From assembly GCA_031370645.1 (NCBI GenBank), contig JANMQV010000120.1, positions 1 through 17,469 of the forward strand: DNA of 17,469 nucleotides, read 5' to 3'. The notes under the pieces were generated by a model, which had not been told where the DNA came from, did no database searches, and saw only the letters and a list, made by a program, of their open reading frames with translations. The stretch comes from Candidatus Eiseniibacteriota bacterium (GTDB lineage: Bacteria > Eisenbacteria > RBG-16-71-46 > SZUA-252). Position numbers and translations under genes: made by a program. Below are positions 1-9,639 of this stretch, piece after piece (the first letter of the stretch is position 1; every line of letters begins with the position of its first letter).

Positions 1-1115
1 GGCACCTTGGCCTCGGCCAGCAGCACGTTCATGTGACCGGGCATGCGGCCGGCGACGGGATGAATCCCGAAGCGCACGTTGACGCCTTTGTCGCGTAGGA
101 ATTTGGTGATCTCGTAAACCGTGTGCTGGGCCTGCGCGACCGCCATGCCATACCCCGGCACGATGATGACGCTCTTCGCGTCCCGCAGTAGCTCGGCGGT
201 ATCGGTCGCGCTGATGGGTGTGACGTCGCCAGCCGGCTGGGCGCCCCCGGCGGCCGGCGCAGTGCCACCGCCGGTGCCGAATCCGCCAGCGATCACGGCG
301 AAGAACTTACGATTCATGGCGCGGCACATGATGTAGGAGAGGATGGCGCCGCTCGAACCGACGAGCGCACCGGTAACGATCAGCAGGTCGTTCGACAGCA
401 TGAAACCGGTCGCCGCCGCCGCCCACCCGGAGTAGCTATTGAGCATCGACACCACGACCGGCATGTCGGCCCCACCGATCGCCATCACCATGTGAACGCC
501 GAAGAGCAACGCGATGGCGGTCATCACGATTAGCGATGTCATACCGTGCGTGACGTCGTGCGAGTTGATGAAGGCGCCGCCGAACCAGATCACCGCCAAG
601 AGCCCGGCGAGGTTCATGAAGTGGCGGCCGGGCAGCGTGACCGGTTTGCCGCTGATCTTGCCCGCCAATTTGCTGAATGCGATGAGGGATCCCGAGAAGG
701 TCACGGCGCCGATCAGGATGCCGATGTAGATCTCGATCTCATGGATCGTCTTCTCCGCGCCCGTGAACTGCCCGGCGGCCGCGGGGTCGATGTAGTTGGC
801 GAAGCCCACAAGCACGGCCGCGACGCCCACGAGGCTGTGCATCAGCGCGACCAGTTCGGGCATCTGCGTCATCCGCACGACGCGCGCGGCATAGAGTCCG
901 ACCGTGGCGCCGACGGCTATGGCGCCGATGATCCACGCGAAACCGCTTGGAGTGACCTGCGGGCCGAAGATCGTGGCCAGCACGGCGATGGCCATGCCGA
1001 GGATGCCTAGCAGGTTCCCACGTCGGGAGGATTCCGGGTTCGAGAGCCCTCCGAGACTGAGGATGAAGAGGATCGTCGCGGCGATATAGGAAGCGGTTGC
1101 CAAACTGGCAGACAT
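1..1115 (-). CDS. pntB: NAD(P)+ transhydrogenase subunit beta (partial, 3' end beyond window)
   Basis: Not in the ORF track. Manual translation from ATG at 1115 gives [41 protein letters not shown]..., with later [39 protein letters not shown] and [15 protein letters not shown]...[22 protein letters not shown] motifs. RBS AGGAG lies just upstream; directly follows pntA. Confidence 0.97.
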   Translation of the reverse strand, partial: MSASLATASYIAATILFILSLGGLSNPESSRRGNLLGILGMAIAVLATIFGPQVTPSGFAWIIGAIAVGATVGLYAARVVRMTQMPELVALMHSLVGVAAVLVGFANYIDPAAAGQFTGAEKTIHEIEIYIGILIGAVTFSGSLIAFSKLAGKISGKPVTLPGRHFMNLAGLLAVIWFGGAFINSHDVTHGMTSLIVMTAIALLFGVHMVMAIGGADMPVVVSMLNSYSGWAAAATGFMLSNDLLIVTGALVGSSGAILSYIMCRAMNRKFFAVIAGGFGTGGGTAPAAGGAQPAGDVTPISATDTAELLRDAKSVIIVPGYGMAVAQAQHTVYEITKFLRDKGVNVRFGIHPVAGRMPGHMNVLLAEAKV

Positions 1116-1127
1116 TATTGGTCTCTC

Positions 1128-2726
1128 CTATTTCCGGAACATTTCAAGCATGCGGCGGGTGACCGCGAATCCGCCGAACATGTTGATCGACACGAGCGCG
1201 AGGCTTACCACCGCGAGCCCAAGGATCCAGGTCGCGGGACGATCGGCGCCTGCCGCCCCGTTGATTAACGGCGGCGCGACTTGCACGAGCGCGCCGATCG
1301 CGATGATGCTGGAGATCGCGTTGGTGACGCTCATGAGCGGCGTGTGCAGCGCGGGCGTGACATTCCACACCACCATGTAGCCCACGAAGCAGGCCAGCAC
1401 GAAGACGGTAAAATGGGAGAGGAAGGCCGCCGGCGCGTTCGCGCCGAGGAACCAGAACAAGGCGGCCGCTCCGGCGAACAGGATCGCGGTGCGGGCCGGC
1501 GACGCCGGCTCGCTTCCGCCGTGGCCGTGCCCCTTCGGCTTCTCAGCCGGTTTCGCCGCCGCTGGATTGGCCTGAGCGGGCGGCGCCGCGGAAAGTTTGG
1601 GCGGGGGCGGCGGCCAGGTGATCGTGCCGTCCTTGATCACGGTCGTCCCGCGAATGACCTCGTCGTCCATGTTGACGTTGAGGACGCCATCCTTGGTCTT
1701 GCAGAGTTCCTCGGTGAGCCGCAGCAGATTCGTCGCATAGAGCGTACTCGCTTGTTTGGCGAGGCGGCTCGGAAGGTCGGTATAGCCGATGATGGTCACT
1801 CCGTGCCTCACCACGACCTGGCCGGGCACGGTGAGTTCACAATTGCCGCCCTGCTCCGCCGCCATGTCCACGATGACGCTCCCGGGCTTCATCGACCGCA
1901 CCATCTCCACCGTGATCAGGCGGGGCGCCGGTTTGCCGGGGATCAGCGCGGTCGTGATGATGATGTCGACGTCGGCAGCCTGCTTGGCGAACACCGCGCG
2001 CTGCGCCTTCTGGAATCCCTCGCTCATGACCTTGGCGTAGCCGCCCACGCCGGCGCCTTCTTCGGTGTAGTCCACGGGGACGAACTCGCCGCCCATGGAG
2101 ACGACCTGGTCGGAGACTTCCGGGCGCGTGTCGTTGGCGCGCACGATGGCGCCGAGGCCCGACGCGGTTCCGATGGCCGACAGTCCCGCCACGCCGGCGC
2201 CGATGACGAACACCTTGGCGGGGGGCACCTTGCCGGCGGCGGTGATCTGGCCCGTGAAGAAGCGGCCGAACTGATGTGCCGCTTCGATCACCGCGCGGTA
2301 GCCGGCGATGTTGGCCATCGAGGAGAGGGCATCGAGCTTCTGCGCCCGGGAGATGCGCGGCACGCTGTCCATCGCCAGGACCGTCGCCTTCTTCTCCGCA
2401 AGCCGGTTCATCAACTCGGGGTTCTGCGCCGGCCAGATGAAGGAGACAAGCGTTGTGCCTTCCCGCATCAGACCGATTTCCTCGGCGGATGGCGCGCGCA
2501 CCTTGAAGACGATGTCGGACTTCGCCCAGAGCGCCGCCGCTCCTTCGACCGTCTCGGCGCCGGCGGTGCGATAGGTGTCATCGCCGCAGTTCGCCCCTGC
2601 GCCGGCGCCACGTTCCACCGCCACCGCGAAGCCCAACTTGATCAGTTTCTCAACGACTTCGGGCACGGTCGCAACTCGCTTCTCGTCGGCCGCCGTTTCG
2701 GCCGGAACGCCAATCACCGATGGCAT
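1128..2726 (-). CDS. pntA: NAD(P)+ transhydrogenase subunit alpha (fused domain I + membrane part)
   Basis: [39 protein letters not shown], Rossmann [41 protein letters not shown]. Start placed at ATG 2726 behind GGGAGG rather than at 2768. Confidence 0.97.
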   Translation of the reverse strand: MPSVIGVPAETAADEKRVATVPEVVEKLIKLGFAVAVERGAGAGANCGDDTYRTAGAETVEGAAALWAKSDIVFKVRAPSAEEIGLMREGTTLVSFIWPAQNPELMNRLAEKKATVLAMDSVPRISRAQKLDALSSMANIAGYRAVIEAAHQFGRFFTGQITAAGKVPPAKVFVIGAGVAGLSAIGTASGLGAIVRANDTRPEVSDQVVSMGGEFVPVDYTEEGAGVGGYAKVMSEGFQKAQRAVFAKQAADVDIIITTALIPGKPAPRLITVEMVRSMKPGSVIVDMAAEQGGNCELTVPGQVVVRHGVTIIGYTDLPSRLAKQASTLYATNLLRLTEELCKTKDGVLNVNMDDEVIRGTTVIKDGTITWPPPPPKLSAAPPAQANPAAAKPAEKPKGHGHGGSEPASPARTAILFAGAAALFWFLGANAPAAFLSHFTVFVLACFVGYMVVWNVTPALHTPLMSVTNAISSIIAIGALVQVAPPLINGAAGADRPATWILGLAVVSLALVSINMFGGFAVTRRMLEMFRK

Positions 2727-3253
2727 GAAGATCCTCCCGTAATGTTTTTGGCGCGGGCCCCGCGTCATCCCGGCGAGGCGCGACGCAATCGGCGCGCTTT
2801 GCCGGGTTGGCTTGACCCAAACCTCGCTGCCATCATGCCGGATCGCCGCGAATCCAACAAGGCGCGGCGCGCTAGCCGCAAGGCGCTTTGTACGGCCTCC
2901 TTAAGTCGCTCCGGTTCGATCGCCGCCACTCCCTCCGTACCATTGCGCGCGACGCGACGGCGGCGGGGGATTGGGCATTATCCGAGTCCCGCCTCAGTTC
3001 TGACGGGAGCCGCCAAATCGGAGGCGGTTGATTGTAGACTCTCCCGGAGCCGTTCGGGGATGAACCCCGCGGAAATCGAAGTTCAGCGAGCGATCAAGAG
3101 GGGTGGGGGCGCATGGGGCGCGGTACTTGAAGGGCTCAGAGAAAATGATCGACCGCTGACCGTCACTTCTTTGCTTGGCCTCAGGATGGGCTCAGGCATG
3201 CGATGCAGTGTTGTAGGTAAGGCGAGTCAGGTTCATTCCCTCCGGGTGCTTGC

Positions 3254-3287
3254 GGCCGTCGCCGGACATCCGCGTCCGGCGACGGCC
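3254..3287. terminator. Perfect 14-bp GC-rich hairpin downstream of the Gln-rich gene (terminator or stabilising stem)
   Basis: GGCCGTCGCCGGAC-ATCCGC-GTCCGGCGACGGCC, about 20 nt past the stop at 3306. No clear U-tract. Confidence 0.5.
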
Positions 3288-3305
3288 ATTCCTGATCAAG
3301 CGCTG

Positions 3306-4178
3306 TTACAAATGGATGCTGATCGCAAGCTGTACGTCCGGGTATTGTTCGCTTAGCAGATAGTATCCGCCTTGCGACTCGACGACGGTGACATAGTCCG
3401 TGTCGTACCAGTCGTCACCCCAGTATTCAGGCACCGGGTCGAGCATGGTGAACCAGTAGCCATCCGAGTAGAACTCCGGATAGCTGTCGACAATTCTTAT
3501 CTGGAAGCTGGAGAGGTGGAAGCGGTGCGGCCGGCCAAAGTAGAGAATGAACTGCCGGTTCGGGATCCGATATCCGGTATAGCCGCCCCGTTGGGACCAC
3601 GTCCGATGCTGTGAAGTCCAGTTATTCGCGCGGTAACGTGACCAGACCCGCTGTTGTTCGACGCGCGTCGAAGCAGTGCGCGGTTGAGCGGGGTACTGGG
3701 TTACGCGGCGAGTCGGAGACGTCGACCGACTCTGAACGCCTGCCGTGGATTCGCGCCGCGGATTTCGAGCTGTGGCCCTGGACTGCTGGCGCTGGGCCAT
3801 GGGCTGCTGCGTCTGCGATGGCCTCTGAACTCGTGCCTGACGACGCGACTGCGCCTGCCGATCCTGAGCGGGGGGCTGCTGCTGCCGGTTCTGCGCCGAG
3901 GGCCGCTGCTGCTGCCGGCTCTGATCTGCGGTCCGGTGCTGCCGGTCCTGCGCCGAGGGTCGCTGCTGCTGCCGGCTCTGCTCCGCGGGCCGCTGCTGCC
4001 GCTTTTGTGCCGAGGGCCTCTGCTGCTGCTCCTGCTGTTGGGGTTGCGTTGCCTGGTCTGGGTGCTTCGCGGAGCCACCGTCGTGACCTCTCTGGTTAGC
4101 TTGGGATCCACTAACCGAAGCGAGCCCGAATACTAGAATTGTGGCTGTCGTGCGAAGCAGTGCTTTTGGATTCACCAT
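3306..4178 (-). CDS. Secreted Gln/Arg-rich low-complexity protein with aromatic C-terminal domain (loosely RcnB-like)
   Basis: Signal-peptide-like N-terminus (MVNPKALLRTTATILVFGLASVSGSQA), disordered Q/R repeats, then W/Y-rich domain (HRTWSQRGGYTGYRIP...FGRPHRF...YWGDDWYDTDYV). Start at 4178 chosen for GGAGGG spacing. Confidence 0.8.
   Translation of the reverse strand: MVNPKALLRTTATILVFGLASVSGSQANQRGHDGGSAKHPDQATQPQQQEQQQRPSAQKRQQRPAEQSRQQQRPSAQDRQHRTADQSRQQQRPSAQNRQQQPPAQDRQAQSRRQARVQRPSQTQQPMAQRQQSRATARNPRRESTAGVQSRSTSPTRRVTQYPAQPRTASTRVEQQRVWSRYRANNWTSQHRTWSQRGGYTGYRIPNRQFILYFGRPHRFHLSSFQIRIVDSYPEFYSDGYWFTMLDPVPEYWGDDWYDTDYVTVVESQGGYYLLSEQYPDVQLAISIHL
3856..4026 (-). repeat. Three imperfect 57-nt coding tandem repeats (19 aa, QQRPSAQxRQxxxxxQxRQ)
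   Basis: GCCGAG anchors at 3895, 3952 and 4009 (57-nt period). Peptide units QQRPSAQKRQQRPAEQSRQ / QQRPSAQDRQHRTADQSRQ / QQRPSAQNRQQQPPAQDRQ. Confidence 0.85.
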
Positions 4179-4249
4179 GATCATCCCTCCCATTCACATT
4201 CCCGGGCGTAGCTCCGGGCGCATTTAGAACCTCATCCACATTGAGTAAG

Positions 4250-4264
4250 GCATCTAGCGTGCCA
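4250..4264 (-). promoter_or_regulatory. sigma54 (-24/-12) promoter for the Gln-rich secreted protein
   Basis: Minus strand TGGCACGCTAGATGC = TGGCAC-N5-ATGC with exact GG-N10-GC spacing, about 70 nt upstream of the start codon. Confidence 0.65.
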
Positions 4265-4335
4265 TGAGGCGAGTTCTTGCAAAGGCTGCGGTGAGCGGGC
4301 GTTGCGGAAGCAGGCTGGTTTCGAGCGGGCCGCAG

Positions 4336-4364
4336 TTGTAAATCTTGCTGGTCGGGCGTTACAA
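4336..4364. promoter_or_regulatory. Candidate enhancer-binding-protein site (inverted repeat)
   Basis: TTGTAA-N17-TTACAA, an AT-rich inverted repeat 70-100 nt upstream of the sigma54 motif. Confidence 0.3.
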
Positions 4365-4402
4365 GTCGGCAGCAGCGGGGCGGGTCGTGGGCTGAGCGAT
4401 CG

Positions 4403-4858
4403 TCAGCGAATCGCCAGCCACGTGCGTGTGGGAAGAACCTCCTCAGTGAGCACCTGGACACGACGGAGCTTCCAGCCATTCACCGTACGGAGCCACCCGT
4501 ACCGGCCCCGGCGCCGGACGGTCCACTCCCGGCGAACGATGCCGAAGGCGCGCACTTGGAACGTCGCGCGCTGCTGCAGGGTCTCGGTAGCGATTCCGGC
4601 ACCGCCGTCCCACTCGAGGGTCTCCCGGCGAAATTCCATTTCGACGGAGCGCATTCGAGCGAGCTGAACCCGCAGGTCATGCGCCAACTCGTCGCGGCCA
4701 ATCGTTCGGCCGTCCCCCTGCGTGTATTCGAGCTCAGGGTGGAAAAGGTCGATGTAAGCGGAGGCATCGCGGCGCGCGTACGCTTCGTGGGCGCGTTTGT
4801 GCGCGGCGACGAACTCCGCGGCGAGAGAAGCCGGCTCCGCGTCTGCGTTCAGGTCCAA
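4403..4858 (-). CDS. NTF2-like / SnoaL / DUF4440 family protein
   Basis: Typical pattern: helix AHEAYARRDASAYIDLFHPELEYTQGDGRTIGRDE, beta strands, C-terminal W..T.NGWKLRR. TTG start; exact start uncertain. Confidence 0.75.
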   Translation of the reverse strand: MDLNADAEPASLAAEFVAAHKRAHEAYARRDASAYIDLFHPELEYTQGDGRTIGRDELAHDLRVQLARMRSVEMEFRRETLEWDGGAGIATETLQQRATFQVRAFGIVRREWTVRRRGRYGWLRTVNGWKLRRVQVLTEEVLPTRTWLAIR

Positions 4859-4961
4859 CCTCTTTCTGAAAGTCGTTGGGCACGGCGTTAGTTACCGCCC
4901 GTTCCCGCATTTTCACACGAGCCGACAGGATCGGATAGGGGAGTCCTCCGAGCGCTCTCGT

Positions 4962-7172
4962 TCATCGGTACCCTTCATCCGTCTCAGCCGGCTCCTCCTG
5001 CATCAGATCCATGCCTGCCTCTGCACCTTCGCCTTGCAGATAATCCGTAATGTGCTGTTCCATTTGCGAGGGGAAGGACGGGGGAGGGCCCATGAGTTGG
5101 TCGGCGTACACCTTCAGCATCACTTCCTCGAATACCGGAAGGGCAACCCGCCCGCCGACCTCTTTCGGGCCCAGTGATCGGTTGTCGTCGAATCCGACCC
5201 GGACGGCGACCGTGATGCCGTCAATGCCGTACGTCGAGCCGACGAAGAGCGCATCCCTGAAATCGCTGGTCGTGCCCGTCTTGCCCATCACCGGAATCGG
5301 GAACGCCGGCGAGTCGAGGGCGTGAGCCGTGCCCGACGGAATTCGCACGACGCCCCGCAAGCCTTCTTGGATCATCAAGAGCGCATCGCTATCGAGCGAG
5401 ATGGGCACGTCAACGCGTTGGTCCTCCTGCCCCTCTCCCTCCTGGCCACGGGCGATGTAACGAATCACGCGGGGCTGCACAAGGACGCCGGACGCGATCG
5501 TACGGTAGACCGTCGCCAGCTCCAGCAGAGTCATTTCAGAGGCGCCCAACGCCGTCGGCGCGTAGCGGTGAAGTGGCGTCTCCACGCCGAGGCTGCGCGA
5601 CGTGGCCAGGACGCTGCCAATCCCCACCTGCTCGGTGATCCAGATCGCGACCGTGTTCCTCGACTCGGCGAGGGCCTGCCGGATCGGGATCATGCCCTTG
5701 TAGCGGCCATCATAGTTCGAGATCCACTTCACACCATGCGAACCGTCCGGCACGCTGATGGGCTCGTCGGGCACCAGAGTGTCGAGCGTGAAGTCGCCGT
5801 CCAGGAAGGCGGTCAGGTAGACGATCGGTTTCATGGCGGAACCCGGCTGCCGAAACGAGTCCCTGGCGCGGTTGAAGTCCCGGTAGGAAGCCTCGCGGCC
5901 GCGATAGAGCTTCCGGCCGCCCGCCTCGGCGAGTACGGATCCGTCTCGATTCCTCAGGACGACGACCGCGCCCTGAGTCATTCCACGTGCGCTCAGGTGG
6001 CGCTCTTCGTACCGGTCCAGGCCATGCTCCAACGCCTCGCTTGCAATCTGCTGCACGCGGGCGTCGACCGTCGAGTAGACCTGAATGCGCCCCTGCAGAA
6101 GGTCGTCGATATCAAGGCCGCCGTGATGGGACGCCAGATCGCCAATAACGTGTTCCACGACCGCGGCCGACTGTGTGCGCCGAGAGATCGGACGAACAAC
6201 GGTAGGAAACGGGCGCCGGCTCGCGGCGGTTAATTCGGCGCGAGATATGAATCCGTCCGCGGCCATAAGCGCCAGAATCTGATTTCGGCGATGGAGGATC
6301 GGCGCGGTTGCCTTCGCCGTGGGCGCATAGTCGCGCGGAGCCTTGGCAATGCCCGCTAGAAGCGCCGCCTTGTCGGCGTCCGCGGCCGTGAACGTGGAAA
6401 GCGGCCGGCCGAAATAGAACTCCGCCGCCCTCACAAAACCGTACTGCCCGTTGCCCATGTACACGTAGCTCGCGTATCGGGCCAGAATCTCTTCCTTCGC
6501 GCGACGCTTCGATCCGAACTGTTCGCGCATCTGCTGTTCGAGCCACACAGAAAGCCGGATCTCCTCGCACTTCCGGAAAAGCATGTTCACGTTGCGCTCG
6601 CCGATCAGGGCTGACAGCGCTCGGGGACTGACGCCAGCGTAGCGGAGCGTGTAGCTGTTTTCCTGGGATGTCAGACGCCGCAGAAAGCAACCGCGCACGA
6701 GCTGCTGGGTGATCGTGGAGCCGCCCTGCGGGAGAATGGCCCGGCCGCTCTCGTTGTCGTGGCGTCCCGCCGAGGCGAGCCGCTCCGCGAAGGCGCCGAG
6801 CCTGATCTTGGAGAGGACGCGCGGAAAACACGAGTAGTCGACGCCGTTGTGGGAGAAGAAGTGCTTGTCCTCCGTGGCGAGGATCGCGTCACGAACGATC
6901 GGAGGGAGCGCGCCATACGGCGCGTTCTGCCGGTATTCCCGCGCGAGCGCGATGAGCGTCTGGCCATTGGCGTCGTAGACATGCCCGATCGCGGGGAATT
7001 CGAAACGCGTGAACGGTCCCAAGTCCGGCAGGTTGCCGCGATCCAGGTAGGTGTGCTGAAGCGCGCCGAGCGTGAAAAGACTCGCGCCGGTCGACATGAG
7101 GAGCGCGATCGCGGTGCCTGCCAACAGGACAATCGTGCCGGCAGTCCAAGGTCCGCCGGCCGGCCGAATCAT
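4962..7172 (-). CDS. Class A penicillin-binding protein (PBP1A family; transglycosylase + transpeptidase)
   Basis: N-terminal TM segment; GT51 motifs EDKHFFSHNGVD, GGSTITQQL, RKCEE, KEEIL; transpeptidase motifs SxxK (QPGSAMKP), SxN (SRN), KTG (GKTGTT). Start ATG 7172 has GAGGA upstream; 7211 is an alternative. Confidence 0.93.
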   Translation of the reverse strand: MIRPAGGPWTAGTIVLLAGTAIALLMSTGASLFTLGALQHTYLDRGNLPDLGPFTRFEFPAIGHVYDANGQTLIALAREYRQNAPYGALPPIVRDAILATEDKHFFSHNGVDYSCFPRVLSKIRLGAFAERLASAGRHDNESGRAILPQGGSTITQQLVRGCFLRRLTSQENSYTLRYAGVSPRALSALIGERNVNMLFRKCEEIRLSVWLEQQMREQFGSKRRAKEEILARYASYVYMGNGQYGFVRAAEFYFGRPLSTFTAADADKAALLAGIAKAPRDYAPTAKATAPILHRRNQILALMAADGFISRAELTAASRRPFPTVVRPISRRTQSAAVVEHVIGDLASHHGGLDIDDLLQGRIQVYSTVDARVQQIASEALEHGLDRYEERHLSARGMTQGAVVVLRNRDGSVLAEAGGRKLYRGREASYRDFNRARDSFRQPGSAMKPIVYLTAFLDGDFTLDTLVPDEPISVPDGSHGVKWISNYDGRYKGMIPIRQALAESRNTVAIWITEQVGIGSVLATSRSLGVETPLHRYAPTALGASEMTLLELATVYRTIASGVLVQPRVIRYIARGQEGEGQEDQRVDVPISLDSDALLMIQEGLRGVVRIPSGTAHALDSPAFPIPVMGKTGTTSDFRDALFVGSTYGIDGITVAVRVGFDDNRSLGPKEVGGRVALPVFEEVMLKVYADQLMGPPPSFPSQMEQHITDYLQGEGAEAGMDLMQEEPAETDEGYR

Positions 7173-7615
7173 GCGTCGTTCCTCTTTGATGAAGCGAGAC
7201 ACCGTGCGCACGGCCAGCGGCGAAAGCGAGCAGCCCCAGTGTTGCTATTACAAAGCGATCTGGAACGAGCGCCGGCATCGCGCACCACTACGGTTGACGG
7301 GGTATCACGTTAGCGCGGAACCGATCGCTGATCGCGACCAGCCGACCCTACCCACCAGGGAGGTATGGCAAGATCGAGGCCAAACCCGACGCCTCGCCGG
7401 CCCGGGCGAACGAGGCTCACTGAGTGTTCGTGCGGCGGCGGCAAGGTACCGGGCACGCTCCATCCCGGGTTTGAAGTTTTCGACGTCATGTGTGCAAGAC
7501 GTTCCGGCGCTGCCTCTCCCTTCGGACTAGCGCTCCCCGCCGATTCGACCCACGTTCCGTCCTAACACCCTTCCCATCAGGGCGTTGGTCGGGTGTGTCC
7601 GAGATGTGGGCGCCG

Positions 7616-7630
7616 TGGCATGAATCTGGC
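7616..7630 (+). promoter_or_regulatory. Candidate sigma54 promoter for small basic peptide
   Basis: TGGCATGAATCTGGC with GG-N10-GC spacing, about 27 nt before a perfect SD. Confidence 0.45.
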
Positions 7631-7673
7631 CCCGCATTCACCCAGGAGAAGCAAGGAAGGAGGTGAATTCAAC

Positions 7674-7790
7674 GTGAAGAAGAGCAGAGGCGGTAGGATG
7701 ACTGCAGCCAAGGTACGTGCAGCCAAGAGACCTGGTGGTAAGGGTCTTGTAAGCAAGCGTGCAGTGGGTCGAAGGATCAAAAAGACCTGA
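7674..7790 (+). CDS. Small very basic protein (38 aa, MKKSRGGRMTAAKVRAAKRPGGKGLVSKRAVGRRIKKT)
   Basis: Extended SD AAGGAGGTGA immediately upstream of GTG 7674, K/R-rich with no acidic residues, followed by a terminator hairpin. Confidence 0.7.
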   Translation: MKKSRGGRMTAAKVRAAKRPGGKGLVSKRAVGRRIKKT

Positions 7791-7842
7791 GCTTAGTTTC
7801 AGTGGCACTTATGACAACGGGTCGCGGCAAGGCGATTCGAGT

Positions 7843-7878
7843 AGCCCCAGGGGAATGCCCCCTGGGGCTTTCGGCTTT
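7843..7878 (+). terminator. Rho-independent terminator between the small basic gene and convergent creD
   Basis: AGCCCCAGGGG-AATGC-CCCCTGGGGCT (11-bp perfect stem) followed by TTCGGCTTT. Confidence 0.75.
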
Positions 7879-7934
7879 ACCGGTCTAGGTCGTCATTCGC
7901 GGCCTTCGCCACCTCTGCCTTCGCGTGGCTGCGC

Positions 7935-9317
7935 TCATGTCGGAGGTAGCCCACCGCCCGGCCTTTCCGGGGTGTTTGGCGAAGACTCCGAGAGCCGGTA
8001 CCAGTCGATCCGCCGCGTGAGGACCATCACGATCGCAAGTGCGGCAAGGAGGAGGACAGAGCCGAGTAGGAGCGCGTAATCCTTCGATTGAAGAATGACG
8101 TAGAGGAAGCCATAGAGCGCCCCCAGTAAGCCGGCGAATGCTCCCGCTCGCGCCATACTGCGAAGCACGTGCCCCACGTAGATGGCGGAGAGGCCGACGC
8201 AGGCGCCACTCGCCACGATGTAGGCGGCGGCGAATGGCAGATGCTCCGAGAGTGAGACGAGGAGCAGGAAGAAGAGCGCGAGCGCGGCGCCGCAGAGGGC
8301 GTACTGGATGGGATGCACCTCGATCCGGCGAAGGACCTCGAAGAGAAAGAACGCAACGAAGGTCAGGAAGACGAAGAGGAAGCCGTACTTCACCGCGCGC
8401 TCGGACTGTTGATACACGTCGACCGGCTGAACGAAGCGAACGCCGAGCTCGGCATCGGGGAATCCCTGCCCGTCGCCGCCGGCGTCGGGCCCGGCTGGGA
8501 CGCTTCGGTTTGAGCTGTCCCCAATCCGTGTCATGAGGTCGTCTATGCCGGTCGCGAAACGCGAAAGCTTCCACCGCGCCTGGAAGCCCGCGGCCGAAAC
8601 GCGGCGTTCGTCGGGGAGAAACGCGCCCACGAAGCCCGGATGCGGCCAATCGGACGACAGCTCGACGTCCGTGACGGCACCGATGGGGAGAAACAGGAGG
8701 CGGTCGGTGCCCACCAGCTCGAGGCTGGCGTCGACCGTCATGCGCCGCCCGGGGGCACCCGAGGGAAGCGGGGCTCTGAACCCGTGCTTCAGCGCACCCA
8801 GACCGGTGCCGAGGCGCAGCTCCTGGATCGCACCGTCGAGTTTCACTTCGGGAATCGCGCGGATGCCCCGCGGATCGGAGATGCTGAAGACGACTTCGGC
8901 TCTCGGCTCCTCCAGCAATTGGCGGTTGTCTAATCCGAGCCCTGGCGGCAAGGTGAACGTGGCGGAGAACCCGGTAGTCGCCCGGAAGAAGGGCACGCGA
9001 TAGATGCCGCGCTGCCGTGTCTCAACAGTTGCGTTGGACCGGAGCCGGAGCGAATCCGGTAACAGCACCTCGATGCCCTCCCTCACCTGATCCGCTTCGC
9101 CCTTCAGAGCCGTCGGCAGGCGCTCGCGGTAGCGTACGACGAGAAGGGGACCCACGATGGTCTGAGCCCTGGCGGTGCTCTTTGCGACCTCGGCCGTTAC
9201 TGTGTCGCGATAGTGGGATCGCTCCTTGACGATTCCCCAGATCATGGCAAGCGGCACGATGAACGCTACCGCTACGCCGGCCACGATGAACGCTTTCAGG
9301 GCCACATTTGTCCGCAT
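7935..9317 (-). CDS. creD: Cell envelope integrity inner membrane protein CreD
   Basis: N-terminal TM + ERxxY, QTIVGP, RGIYRVP, ISDPRGI, SDWPHPGFVGAFLP, PVDVYQQSERAVKYGFLFV, HPIQY...LALFFLLLVSLSEH, EDY-like KDYALLLGS, TRRIDWY. Confidence 0.95.
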   Translation of the reverse strand: MRTNVALKAFIVAGVAVAFIVPLAMIWGIVKERSHYRDTVTAEVAKSTARAQTIVGPLLVVRYRERLPTALKGEADQVREGIEVLLPDSLRLRSNATVETRQRGIYRVPFFRATTGFSATFTLPPGLGLDNRQLLEEPRAEVVFSISDPRGIRAIPEVKLDGAIQELRLGTGLGALKHGFRAPLPSGAPGRRMTVDASLELVGTDRLLFLPIGAVTDVELSSDWPHPGFVGAFLPDERRVSAAGFQARWKLSRFATGIDDLMTRIGDSSNRSVPAGPDAGGDGQGFPDAELGVRFVQPVDVYQQSERAVKYGFLFVFLTFVAFFLFEVLRRIEVHPIQYALCGAALALFFLLLVSLSEHLPFAAAYIVASGACVGLSAIYVGHVLRSMARAGAFAGLLGALYGFLYVILQSKDYALLLGSVLLLAALAIVMVLTRRIDWYRLSESSPNTPERPGGGLPPT

Positions 9318-9372
9318 TCGAAGGTCCGCCCTTTCTTCAGATCGCTAGGGGGCGCGCACTGTTTCGGTGAAG

Positions 9373-9416
9373 TACTTTATATAACAAAGTATAATGCCCG
9401 AGAAAATGCCCGTCAA
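9373..9416 (-). promoter_or_regulatory. sigma70 promoter of creD with overlapping palindromic operator
   Basis: -35 TTGACG (9411-9416), 17 nt, -10 TATACT (9388-9393). Palindrome TACTTT-N7-AAAGTA (9373-9391) covers -10/+1. Confidence 0.8.
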
Positions 9417-9639
9417 GGGCCCGAGTCCGACGCCCGAGAGCGCTCGACTCCCCCGTGGCATTGGGCACCTCGCGATCTCATCCAAGCGGGGATATTGACC
9501 CGCACGACGCCCTTGGACATTATCGTGGGGAGTTGAGGAGGGGATCGAGCTTCCCTCCTGACGTCGGGGGAGGATTCCTGGCGGCGAACAGGCGAACAGG
9601 CAGTCCGTTCGTTGGACGAATCCAACTGTGGGAGCCTTG

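Noticed and set aside
1281-3356. 691-aa plus-strand ORF (and the other long ORFs antisense to pntB, PBP, creD and the kinase)
   Set aside because: Shadow ORFs produced by GC-rich codon bias of the real opposite-strand genes; Arg/Gly/Ala-rich with no recognisable motifs.
3856-4026. Periodic repeats considered as a CRISPR array
   Set aside because: In-frame coding repeats with no unique spacers and no cas genes.
9454-9480. CGTGGCATTGGGCACCTCGCGATCTCA resembling kinase RGIxHRDL codons (possible fourth scar)
   Set aside because: Only about 27 nt and needs a 2-nt gap; cannot be distinguished from chance without a statistical search.
9495-9523. TTGACC-N17-CATTAT as promoter for the DUF4071-TIR operon
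   Set aside because: Plausible position, but the -10 match is too weak to call.
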